The position numbers were made by a program, and so were the translations under genes. From positions 173,786,001-173,850,000 of the forward strand of contig OX597815.1 of NCBI GenBank assembly GCA_951406725.2: 64,000 bases of DNA, written 5' to 3'. Positions 39,701-50,845 of this stretch are shown piece after piece; the first letter of the stretch is position 1, and every line of letters starts with the position of its first letter. The notes under the pieces are model-generated. The model did no database searches, was not told the DNA's origin, and saw nothing but the letters and a program-made list of their open reading frames with translations. The stretch is from Octopus vulgaris (Eukaryota).

Positions 39701-40864
39701 CTCCCTTCCTGTTTTTTTCAAGCCAATTAATTTTTATCTTGCCAAAATTGATACTAGCTGCTCAAGACTTTTGGACCTAATAAGAACAGAGTTCCTAGTC
39801 AAGAATAGATTACTTCAGATTCATTTATCAAGCTTCTTGCTTAATTTACATTTACATACACTACAAAAAAAAAAAAATGAATGAAAGGATTTTCATTTTT
39901 TTTAAGGGCTAATAGACTTTTTCTAGATGATGTCTGTCAAAATATTTTGATATAGCCAAACTATTTGTAATTTTGCACAAACATAATGTTGAATTTGGTT
40001 GTACAAATCTTTAGAAAGAACCTTTAATAATTCAATAAGTGCTACTGCTGAGAATCTTGTGAGTATATCTGATACCATTAAAGATGTTACATTGACAATC
40101 AACAGTAGTAGCAGTTTATATCAAGAATTTTATTGTAGGAATTTTATAACAACTGGTGTTATATTGAAGATATAAACCAACACTGAATCTTATTACTCAA
40201 ATATTGAGAAAGGAGCTTTTGCAATCATACAGACCACAAATCTTGCCCATAACTTTTTCTTCATAGAAAATCTCTACTTAGATACAATCAGGGACCTCTT
40301 GAATTCATCTTTAATATATACAAAGAACACCCAAAGCTAGTTATGTCTTAAAGAATACTGAGATAAAACTTACAGCTAATAGCATTTCTGATATCATGTA
40401 TCTCAAGAGAAATTCCATGAAATTCCTTTCCTTACACTAATGCACTTTCAGCAAGAATTTACATTGCAACAGAAGATGTTAATTTCATGCACTGGATAGG
40501 AACTGATATATTTCATTTTGATAATATATAGCATCAGAAAAACTGTATCATCTGATACAAGGTAATATTATTTCCAGGAGTGACTGCTCCAATAATAAAT
40601 GTAGATTAGTTCTGGAAAACAGCATTGTTTGCAATGGTGATCTTACTACTCCATCAAACTTATATACAAGACAAATCATTAACACACCTCCGAGGGATAT
40701 GTGTCTACACCCTATAAAACAATACTACATTACACAGTAATTTCATAGTAGTCTTTAAATAAAAAAAATACTATCATAAAAATATGATCAAATCTTATAC
40801 ACTTGTGAATACTAATATCCATACATGAATGTATGTTTGCATTATCGAATGTTTTGTTATTCCC

Positions 40865-41014
40865 ACTATAAAGTGGTTGACATTAGGAAGGACATCCAGG
40901 CACAGAAACCATGTCAAGTCAGACAGAGCTTGGTGCAGTCTTTGGACTTGGCAGTTTTTGTCAAACCATCCAATCCATAACTAGTATGGAAGGCAGATAT
41001 TAAATGATGATGAT
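40865..41014 (+). mobile_element. SINE family C 3' part
   Basis: ggttgacattaggaaggacatccag...ccatccaatccat...taaatgatgatgat. Confidence 0.75.
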
Positions 41015-41074
41015 ACACATATACATTCACTCTCTCTCTCTCTCCAAAGTCCACATAGTTCTCTAAAAATAATA

Positions 41075-41545
41075 GACAGTTTCTATTACCTAGGTAACCT
41101 ACTTAACAGTGGGGGTTGGTTTTCTGAGAGTGTCGTAACCAGAGTAAGAAATGGTTGGAAAATGTTCAGAGAGCTATTATCTAAGTTGACAACAAAAGGT
41201 TGCATGGTAGTGAGACATGGGGCTTTGAATGCAGAGAATTTGTGAAAATTAGAAAGAATGAAACAAGCATGCTCTATTAGATGTGTAATACTAGTGTGTA
41301 TGAACAACAAAACACAAATGAGTTGAGAGAAAAACTGAACAAAAGAGCAATCGGATGTAGTATGCAACAGAGAAGACTGCATTGTATAAAGAAGTGTTAC
41401 ATGCTCAGAGTGATGGAAAAGAGAGAGCAATGAAAATTTGAGATGAAGTGGTGAAGAGAAACTGAAAGTTGTTGGATCTCTCAGAGAAGATAACAAAGAA
41501 TGATACTGATTGGCACTCACCAACCCAAGATTTGCAAAACAGACA
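41075..41545 (+). mobile_element. RTE LINE 3' fragment
   Basis: YLGNLLNSGG..SESVVTRVRNGWKMFRELL..LTTKG and HGSETWALNAENL*KLERxE. Confidence 0.8.
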
Positions 41546-42150
41546 TTAAAATTGTGTAATGCACATCTGTATGTACATGTGTGTATGTATATTTATCTGA
41601 ACACAGTCAAATTTACAGCATTGCCCACACTAATAGCCTCTTACCACTGTAACATCCCAATCACATATAACTCACTCAGTCACTCCTCTTTATCACTTCC
41701 TTTCACATCTCTTACCTGTCTATCAACCACACCACTGCCACTCATGTCTTTTTCATTCGACTTCATCTCTCATGCTCCCAGTGCCCTATTGCTCATCTCC
41801 CAATCATTCTCTTCTTTTCCTAATCTCACTGTACTATGCTGCCACTGTGACTAAGGATAACAGTGGATCTCTTCTGTCCATAATACGCTGCTTCCAATGT
41901 AACTAACGCTACCACCTGTCTGACATTTTCATTTATGCTGTTCATTGGTACAAGACCCACCTGCTTTCCATTCCCCCTTCAACTATCCTCATCACTCGAC
42001 CTTTCTGGCCTGTAAGAAAGTCTATGTATATGAAGCTACATAGGAATGATTGTGCCCAGAACACTCTACATACTCTTGCTCCTTTTCTCCCACACATCCT
42101 TGGTCATCACTGTCTCCTGAGTCACTCTGCCATGTCATCATCCCACCCTC

Positions 42151-43140
42151 GAGCAGTGGCATGCCTCAAGGTTCAGTGCTTGGGCCCTTGTTGTTCTTAG
42201 TCTTCATAAATGACTTGCCCGACGACCTCACGCAACACACCCTTCTATTTGCCGACGATATCAAACTGGTCGCTCCTCGCGGTAGTATAGAGGATCTTCG
42301 TCGATGCCTCCACCAAATTTGGAAGTGGTCTAACGATTGGGACCTGTGTCTGAACGTGTCAAAGTGCTGTCATCTGCCTGTCGGCTCTACTCCTGCAACT
42401 CAACTTGATTTCGAGCCGGGTCGTCTGCTGCTGGAGAGGACCGATCAGGTAAAGGACCTGGGTATCTTGGTGGATTCCTCCTTTTCGCCTTCGGCCCAGT
42501 GTGTCCATGCTGCCAACAAAGCGCGCGGAATTCTGTTTTTGATTCGACGGTCATTCAGAATGCTCACAGCAGCCATATTCCTACCACTCTATGTCACGCT
42601 GGTGAGACCCATATTGGAGTATGGGATTCAAGCCTCTTCTCCTTATCTCCTCAAAGACATACAGCATCTCGAAAGAGTCCAGAGGCTGGCTACCCGCATG
42701 GTTCATGGTCTCAAAAATTTGTCCTACGAAGAAAGGCTGAGGACGCTCGACCTTTATTCTCTTGAAAAACGCCGCCGCCGTGGTGATCTCATTCTCGCCC
42801 ACAACATCATAAGCGGGAAGTGTAACCTCTCGAAAGAGCTGTTCTTCACTCCTGCTCCGGAGCGTTGGCTGCGGAGTCATTCCGAAAAGCTCTACCTGCG
42901 ACAATTTCATCTCAATCGAAGGAGAGGAGCTTTCTCCGTCCGGGTTGCGGATCCGTGGAACAAGCTGCCAGATGAGATGGTGAAGATGCCGACAACCGCT
43001 TTGTTCAAAGCCTCCCTGGACCTCAAGTGGCCTGAACTCTTTACATGAACACCACCCTGTACTTAACTCCATGTCCCCCTACATGGCCTTGCTATTTGCT
43101 TTTGAGCCAAATTAACTAACTAACTAACTAACTAACTAAC
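42151..43140 (+). mobile_element. Young 5'-truncated CR1-type LINE with uninterrupted RT frame and (TAAC)7 tail
   Basis: SGMPQGSVLGPLLFLVFINDL, LFADDIKL, VKDLGILVD, LYVTLVRPILEYG, LERVQRLATRMV, WNKLP. Open to the stop at 43048, with (TAAC)7 at 43113-43140. CpG-rich relative to the flanks. The first ~33 codons of the track ORF are flanking DNA. Confidence 0.95.
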
Positions 43141-43868
43141 ATTGCTTTGAGTGTATGTAATTTTCTCAGAATACCAACATCCTCCCTCACACAGCCCTCT
43201 TAAAACCATCATTCATGCATCTAGCCTTCAAGCCTCTTACTTTGTTTCATAAAGAGACTGCAAGTGAGTAGAGACATGGAATTCAGAGGTGTTTTTAATC
43301 ATATCAAGGATATGGCTATCTCTTATATGTTGGTGCCACAAAAAAAAATGAGTAAGAAATTCAGTAGAATCTACATGGTTAGCATTAGGAAGGGCAGCCA
43401 GTCACAGAACCCAAACCCAAAATTAAATGCAAATGCAGGTGAAATGTAGTCCTCTGACTTGTCCAGGGGGGTAGTTCCCACCAAAAAATATAGTGAATGA
43501 TCCAACCCAAACTATGATAGACAGAGGACATACAACAATGATGATGGTGTGTGCATTGTATGTATATATGTAAATCATTTTACATATTTGTTTTAATTCG
43601 AATGAAGCTATAACTAATAACTTGTAAAATCCATTTTACCTGGTAAGGTTAAAACTTCTAATTTGACAGTTAAAAATCAGTATATCTCTCAAGTGTAGTG
43701 GTGCCATGGACAAAAACTAGTCAAGGTAGATGCATGCTTCAATTCTTGAGAGTGATTCGGTCCACTTACTTTAAGTAGTTTCTACTTGATATTTTATGAG
43801 CTATTATTTAATGCTATATTTGCATTTCAGCAACTTTATAAAATCACTTAGGTTGAGAAATTTGAAAC

Positions 43869-43905
<37 letters not shown>

Positions 43906-44309
43906 TTAAGGAGACCTATCCAGCTAAGTAAAATTGAGGCCATAAAGATATGCAGTTCATGTCCATGTACACAATTTGTTCCAGACAAGCCTGTACCCAA
44001 TCCCAGACCATCCACTTTATATCTCCCCCATCCCTCACCTGAGTTCACCACTCAGTATATTTCCCACTCTCCCTTCACATACAAGCCTAAAAACATTGTA
44101 TCCCTGTTGAATCTCCTCCCCACAACAAATCTTCCTGACACTCTCTCCCTCTAATTGTGTTCATTCACTACATTCCTTCCACTTCACCACCTGTCATGTC
44201 TTCATCATCATCTCTCCCCTCTCTCTTCTCTCTCTCCTACTGAGATAGCTATGTATCTCCTTTACTGAGAGACCTTTTTCTGTCTCTCTATTCATACTCT
44301 AACCTCTCA

Positions 44310-44579
44310 TCATCTAGCACAAACCCACCTCCCTCAATACTGCTCCCTGCTCAGTTGAGGGGTCTTGTCTTCTAAGTTGCTTCATGACCTATTTGCTGCT
44401 GGTGCTATGTAAAAAGCAGCCAGCACATTATGTAAAGTGGTTAGTGTCTGGCTGAGCATCCAGTCTTAGAAACCATACCAAAAACAGTAGAGTTTAGGGC
44501 AGTCTTTTGACCTGCTAGCTCCTATCAAACCATCCAACCCACATCAGCATGGAAAATGGACATCAAATAACAATGATTA

Positions 44580-44580
<1 letters not shown>
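44310..44580 (+). mobile_element. SINE family C, followed by (CA)n(GA)n microsatellite to 44662
   Basis: gctggtgctatgtaaaaagcagcc...ccatccaacccacatcagcatggaaaatggac. Confidence 0.7.
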
Positions 44581-44614
<34 letters not shown>

Positions 44615-44626
44615 AGAGAGAGGGGG

Positions 44627-44666
<40 letters not shown>

Positions 44667-44724
44667 GTGTGGGTGTCTCAACATCATACAATAGATGTAA
44701 CTGAATATCACAAGCAGTGTCTGT

Positions 44725-45472
44725 TTCAATTCATGTAAAGTGCTTGCTAAACAAGTTAAAATACCAAGAGGCTGGAATGCTTTGATTTTACATTAATGAC
44801 AAAACTTTGATTAAGACCAAAAGGTAAACTGAAGGAATGACAGATGGATATGCAGAAACCTGAATGAGGTTTAAATAGTCACATATACTAAGTTCCCAAC
44901 AATTGTGACTTTAGGGAGTCATTAGCAATGAGAGAGATGTTGTACCTCCTTATATTTTTCACAGGACTTAAGAGTCAATGCCACTGACTACACAGGTGTT
45001 TGGGAAAGTTGTGAGGCCCTGGATAGACTGAATATGCAACGGAAGATCATACAACTTCCAACAAGACTCTGCACAATCTCATAAGGCTAGGACAACCCAA
45101 GAGTGGGTGCATACTCATCTCCATGATCATGTTCTCCTCGCTCACCAGACCCCAATCCACTGGACTATTATGTATGGGGTGTCATTGATAAAGATCAGTC
45201 AACAGCCCCATAACATCATACAATCTCTCAAATCTGCCATAATCAGTACTATGTCCCAAATTAATGAAGATCATCTGATTTGAGCATGTCAATGCTTCCA
45301 ACCCCATTCTGAAACAGCCATTGATGCTAATGATGAATTCATTGAATAGGTGTGATGAAATTATTCTCAAGATTATTTGTACTAATTTGTTTTCATATGC
45401 AACTTCTCTTTGATGAGCTATGCGTCATTTTCTAAATTCATACAAATGACCTTAAAAAACTAATGTATCCTG
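44725..45472 (+). mobile_element. maT (DD37D-like) element, 3' two-thirds with right TIR
   Basis: Colinear with 16030-16790. Motifs FQQDSAQSHKA and SPDPNPLDYYVWG. Ends ccttaaaaaactaatgtatcctg|TA, the reverse complement of the TIR at 15561. Confidence 0.88.
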
Positions 45473-48400
45473 TACACACATGTTCTGCTATAATCTTTGG
45501 TGCGCATGTGCACGCATGCTTACATATGTATGCAGATATATAAATTTCAATTTTTTTTATACAGAGATATATAACTGAAACTATATACAAGTCTTAACAT
45601 GAAACTTGATTTATGTTGTGAATTTTAAAGGAAAGAACTGTTTTACAGAATTAGAAAACTATGTGTATGCTCCCTATAAAACAGATTCTACAGTTTGAAT
45701 AGCTCTGAGTTCAGGCAATAATTGGGTTTACTATCCATGAATCTTTTTTCTTTTCTTTTTTTTTTTTAACTACATTCTGACAAGTAGTTAAAATGGTACC
45801 GTTACACAATGTTCTTACTGACATCTAAGTTGTTAAAAGCTTAGTTTCTTAACATGAACGTATAGTATACACAGTTTGCAATGTGTTTTGTATGCAAATA
45901 TTTCTTCCTGGAAATGCATCTGGTGAAATTCAAGTCAACTATTAACACTTAACAGAAACTGTTAACATTAAGAAATTTATCGCAATGCTGTCACATAAAT
46001 AAACCTAAATTTCATCTATTTTTATGAGCTCAATTTCATCAGAAGCATGCTAGATAACACGAAGTCAAAGCTGAAATATTTTTTTTATTATCTTTTCCAT
46101 TAGTTTTGCTTTAAAATGTCCAAATGATTAATTTGTAGTGGTTACATGAGAAAGAAAAATCTCTGTAGCAGAGATTTCAGATAATAAAAATGTTCAAAAC
46201 ATTATATAAATTAAAGTATAAGCATTGGATAAGTTTGGGGACTTTGTATACTAGCAAGTCATGATAAAATAAAAAGAAAGATAACTATAAATATGTTACA
46301 TGAGAGAGTTATTTAGACTATGTATGCACACACTTGCATTCTTGATATATTGCTAATCCTGATCCCATTCCTTCAATCATACATGCATATATTTCCAAAT
46401 AAAGAAATTAAGTTTTTATTAGCTACACAATCATTTGCACATTTATCTCAGAGATGCAAAATTGTTAACAGAGGAATTCAAGGTAGTTATTCAAAGAAAC
46501 TTTTCATGTTGAAACAATTTATTTCTGTTAGAAATACATAATTGAGAAAGAAATTTAAATATGATAAAGGAGATTTTAATCTTATGACTTCAAAGTAGAA
46601 ATGAAGACATTCCATGCTTTTTATTTAGCAGAAAAGGGGTGGGGTGAACAAAGTAAACAGTAAAAAAGAAACATAGGTGAAAATTGTTATTTTAAAAACT
46701 ATTTGTTACAATTCAGGATACTTGGAAATATCCCACAGTATTATCATTATGCATGCTGGCTGAAAGACATTATACATTCAGAGATAATTAAATACATAAA
46801 ATGTGTGCTTCAAAAGAAGTATTCATTGTATATGTGTACTTCTTTTGAAGTCCAAGAATTGTAACGAGAATTGTGCATTACAAATTAATTGCTCTGCTGT
46901 ATCAAATATTTCCAAAAACCAAAAATGTTTATATATGTGTGTTAGTGTTTATATATATATGTATCACAGTGTATAAACAAAATAGTACTCAATATAAGTT
47001 GCTAGTTAACTTATTTACCAAAACCAAAGTTTCTTTGCCACTACCTTCAGTTTCATGCTTGTCAATCTCAATCTGATGGATTGCCAACAATAAGAGTTGG
47101 AATAGTAGCAACACAGTAGACTTCAACTTACAGCAGACAAATGAGTACATGCACATATACATATATACCATTAATTTACAGATTTCCTCCTTTGGACTAT
47201 ACACATGCTAGTCGAATACATGGAACCAAGCACCCATTTTATTTAACTCTGAAGAAAGGTAATGTGGAGCAATTAAATACATCCCCATCAATTGTATCAT
47301 TTACATTCCACAGTTTGCATTCAGTATTTAGTATTCAGTTTTTCCCTTTTATATTGCTTTAACCTTCACTTTACCTACATACTGAGCAAGGTGACTTTCT
47401 AGGTGGTACTTAACACTCAAAACATATTGATCTCTGGAACAGTTACACAAGCCTCATATCCATTTAGGCAATGGTAATATCCAAAAGACAATACAGACAG
47501 TTTTTCAGCTATGCACCACACACTGCTTGCTCATTTTAAGACCTGAACTCAAATTATTAATTCATTACAAAGCTTTATTATCACATGCAAACTATTTACA
47601 ACAAAATTTTAATTTGCATGCCATCTAAGCTTATTTTCCCTTTTAATTGTTCATCTAAGACAGACCTCACCTACTAAAATGCTAAACATAAAAGAATTTG
47701 AAATAGAAATGGCCTTAAGCTTAAGCCTACGTCATAGCCTATATTAATTACACCAGGTGTCTTATGTTGACTCATCTTTATTTATTTATTTATTTATTTA
47801 TTTGCATACAGTTGTTGAAACCTATATGATCTTAAGAAGAGAAGGTTCCAACATCAATAAGGTAACAACAGTAGTGATGAAATCTTGTTTTGTGTACAAA
47901 TAATTACAATGTTTGATGACAAATATTCTTGCAACAGAGTGTAGCTAGAAACACTTCCAAATACCTCAACGAAGACAGTACAAAAGGCATAACAGAGGTA
48001 AAACTGAAGATACAATCAGATTAAAACTGAGAAATACCAAATTACATAAGACTTAAGAAATCTGAAAAATTGTTGTGTTGCAAAACAGTCTAATCCCAAA
48101 CAGTGTAGGAAAATAGACAATGTGTGAAAGGACACTGAATAACAAATTAATGACTTGTAAGAGCAAATTCCATGAAAGAGAAAATCATTGAAAATGGAGA
48201 AATTAACACTTGAGATTTAAACAAAACAATTTAAAGATGCTTTTGCTGTATACATCTACAAATTTGTGTTGAATTACAGAAATAAAAGAATCTAAATGTT
48301 AAACATGCAGAATCTCATATTCCTTGTCAGATCAAAACTGTCATTTATATCAAAAGTTTCATTGTAGACTTTCCTGATTATATGAAAGCTAGCAGCTACA

Positions 48401-50142
48401 TTCAGTTGCATTTGTAAGACAACCTATCAAATATTTATTGTATTAAGAAGGATCAGTTAAAGGATAAACAAGTTTATCCTAATAGACAAAATAAAAAAAA
48501 ATGTGCTCCGCAGTAATATTCTTCTAAAAGTCTATCAATGTAACAAAAGACTTTTTATCATTTCTAAGATTACTAAGCAAATGGGTTTAACAGAAAAATG
48601 AAAAAACTATTTCAAGTTAACACAAAAATCTACTTCACTTCAGATTTATTACTGATGTTAAAATAATCAATAAAACATAACTGATGACTTTGTAAATGAA
48701 CATGCTTTTTATTACTTTCACATAATTTGTCTGAAAAACTATAAAAAAGAATTTTAATAATCAGTGGTAATTCCTCCTCCTATTATGATAAAGATAAATA
48801 AAACCAATCTGAAATCATTTCTCTGTATTATCCTTTGTGTCTTACTTATAAGAGCTTATGTCTACTGGATTCCAGAACAAGAAGCTTTCAGTAGTCTAAA
48901 CCACACAGTCTCCAAATCACTTTTTTTTTTGTGAAAAGAAAAGCATTATAAAGGCATTTTAACATAAACTCAGAAATAACACTACTTGTCAATTTTTAAG
49001 AAAAAAGTAAGAATGTTTTTAATTCTCAAAAACAATGTCATCATTGAGAATATCTTGGTTTTTAACAATAGATACACTGTAAGAAGCAATTAAAAATGAT
49101 GACATCAAGATGGGCACAATCTCATAAAGCACTGTCTCAAAAGTCCCATCAAAAATTAAAATGCAAATGTAATGATGATGAAATTATGCTAGTTCAAAAG
49201 ATGGACACAAAAAATGATGCTAACTGAAAAAGGGAGACAATACATTTAAGGAAGACTTCAAATTTCACTGCATTTGGGGAATTATAAGCCTTAGAGAAAA
49301 CAATTAGGTCTTAAAACCAAAGGATCACAATTTCAAACCAGGTGATTCTAACTACAAAACCTTAGCTAAATTGTTTATATATTTCAATAAAACTTCATAA
49401 TTAATTTTTTTAGAATATATATCTAACTTTCCTTTTAGAAATGTTATCAAGTACTGAATGTTTATAAAACAGACATGGAAAGCATGTCCAACATAGTCCA
49501 AGAGAAAAAGTCTGGTTCTGTTATTTAATGCACAGCTTTGAAAGAATCCACAATAGTTAAGCGATTAGGGTGTCAGTATATCTACAAAATATCACTTGTC
49601 TCCTGATCCAGTCAGAAAAAAATGTAATGAGACTTCAAATTAATTATATGAGTTAAGTTAAAATCCTTTTGTATTAATAAATGGGAGTGGTTGTCTCTAT
49701 CCTCTGCTGGGTTTGTTATTCCCTACCTTCTAGAGCCAAGTAATTATACAACTGAAAGATAATTATAAAGAAAACCCCGAAAGAATGTTAAGTTTGCATC
49801 AAATAATTCCTAATTAATAATACTGTAAATGATACTAAGTCAACTCTGTGTATATGTAGAACTACACTACATATACACTTAGTCTTTCATATCTCAGCTG
49901 ATGAGATCTGTGTCTACGTATTTTAAAATATTATCATGACCTAGATTTAAGGTAATATAACGTATATATCTGTTTTGTATGATATACACTTTATTCATAA
50001 CTCAAATTAATTCATTTTGAATATCTTACTGAGCAATTTCTGAACAATTTCAATGAGAAATACTCCATATTTAGATGCCTTATATTATGAAGAACATGTC
50101 TGTCTGTTTGTCTGTCTCTCTCTCTATATATATATATATATA

Positions 50143-50222
50143 TCATCATCATCCTCGTTTAACGTCCGGTTTCTACGCTAGCACGAGTTGGACGGTCGAC
50201 CGGGGTCTGGGAAGCCAGGGGC
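50143..50222 (-). mobile_element. Short young SINE family C tail inserted in a (TA)n tract
   Basis: catcatcatcctcgtttaacgtcc...gttggacggtcgaccggggtctgggaagccag, CpG-rich, with (TA)n on both sides. Confidence 0.8.
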
Positions 50223-50783
50223 TATATATATATATATATATATATATATAGCTGCTATGGTAAAAGTTTTGAATAGTTGAAACAATTCATTTATTTAAAC
50301 CTTTCCTTTTGCATTCACATAAGTTAATAAGTCTTACTCAAATAATTATGTAGCATATCATTGACTATCACTTAAAGGTTGAGTAGCTAAGCTAATAGGC
50401 AGGCATGAAGAAGTGTCACCAGCTGCATAAATTATGTTTCAATACTATACACAATCTGAAAATATTTGTGTAAACACACACACACAAAGTTAATGCTTTG
50501 CTTTCATTAGCCCTAGTTTCTCTATTTTAGGGTCACTTCAAAAACATGCAAGAAACTTTACAGGCTTCGTTTTATTGGAAAAGATCTAGAAAACTATTAA
50601 ATTTTAGTTGATTATTCAGCGATACATTAATGTGATTATTATTTCAACTATAAAGAGTCAGATAAAAACATTGCAGAAACCATGCATACTTCTTGTAAAT
50701 AATCCTGCAAACACATCTTAACAAAATCTCTGCTTTTTGACCAAAACTTATATAGCAATAATAAACCAAAGATTAATACATAC

Positions 50784-50845
50784 CTTTGAAAGCTGTGAAT
50801 TAATCCATTTAGTAAAAGTTTTCTTTTGAATATCCTCTCTTTCAT
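50784..50845 (-). CDS. DMD: Dystrophin/utrophin-like internal coding exon, 62 nt, start of CH1 domain (equivalent to DMD exon 2)
   Basis: Minus strand reads gtattttcttttatag|ATGAAAGAGAGGATATTCAAAAGAAAACTTTTACTAAATGGATTAATTCACAGCTTTCAAAG|gtatgt. In phase 1 it encodes (x)EREDIQKKTFTKWINSQLSK, with the spectrin-superfamily QKKTFTKW motif. EREDxQKK, NxQxSK and the 62-nt length resemble dystrophin exon 2 as recalled. The ORF track (50648..50845) shows the wrong frame. Confidence 0.9.

Larger units (their letters stand above)
37200..40650 (+). mobile_element. Decayed Ty3/Gypsy gag-pol relic interrupted by younger insertions
   Basis: CKSCSHKH (knuckle-like), MQLDTRS (protease DTG remnant), KWVPPFVIV..ICSDYKVHLN and ELRNAYHQI (RT), YSNIEKGAFAII (RNase H, ~40190). 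Interrupted by a SINE (38390-38590), a GA-rich tract and an RTE piece. Confidence 0.72.
5705..50783 (-). other. 45,079-nt GT-AG phase-0 intron between the two dystrophin-like exons
   Basis: Donor GTATGT at 50783-50778 and acceptor polypyrimidine+CAG ending at 5705. The joined peptide ...WINSQLSK|ADRPVVNDLF... is a contiguous CH1 with no missing residues. Alternative exons inside cannot be excluded. Confidence 0.82.

Noticed and set aside
42050-43048. RT as part of a retron, DGR or domesticated gene
   Set aside because: A 5'-truncated CR1-type RT with a typical tail, no partner genes, no template/variable repeat pair and no native start.
43113-43140. Telomere-like repeat (TTAG on the minus strand)
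   Set aside because: It is not TTAGGG and sits exactly at the LINE 3' end as its tail.
50648-50845. ORF MKERIFKRKLL... as a gene start
   Set aside because: The ATG directly follows a splice acceptor and is out of frame. The conserved CH peptide is in another frame and ends at the donor at 50783.
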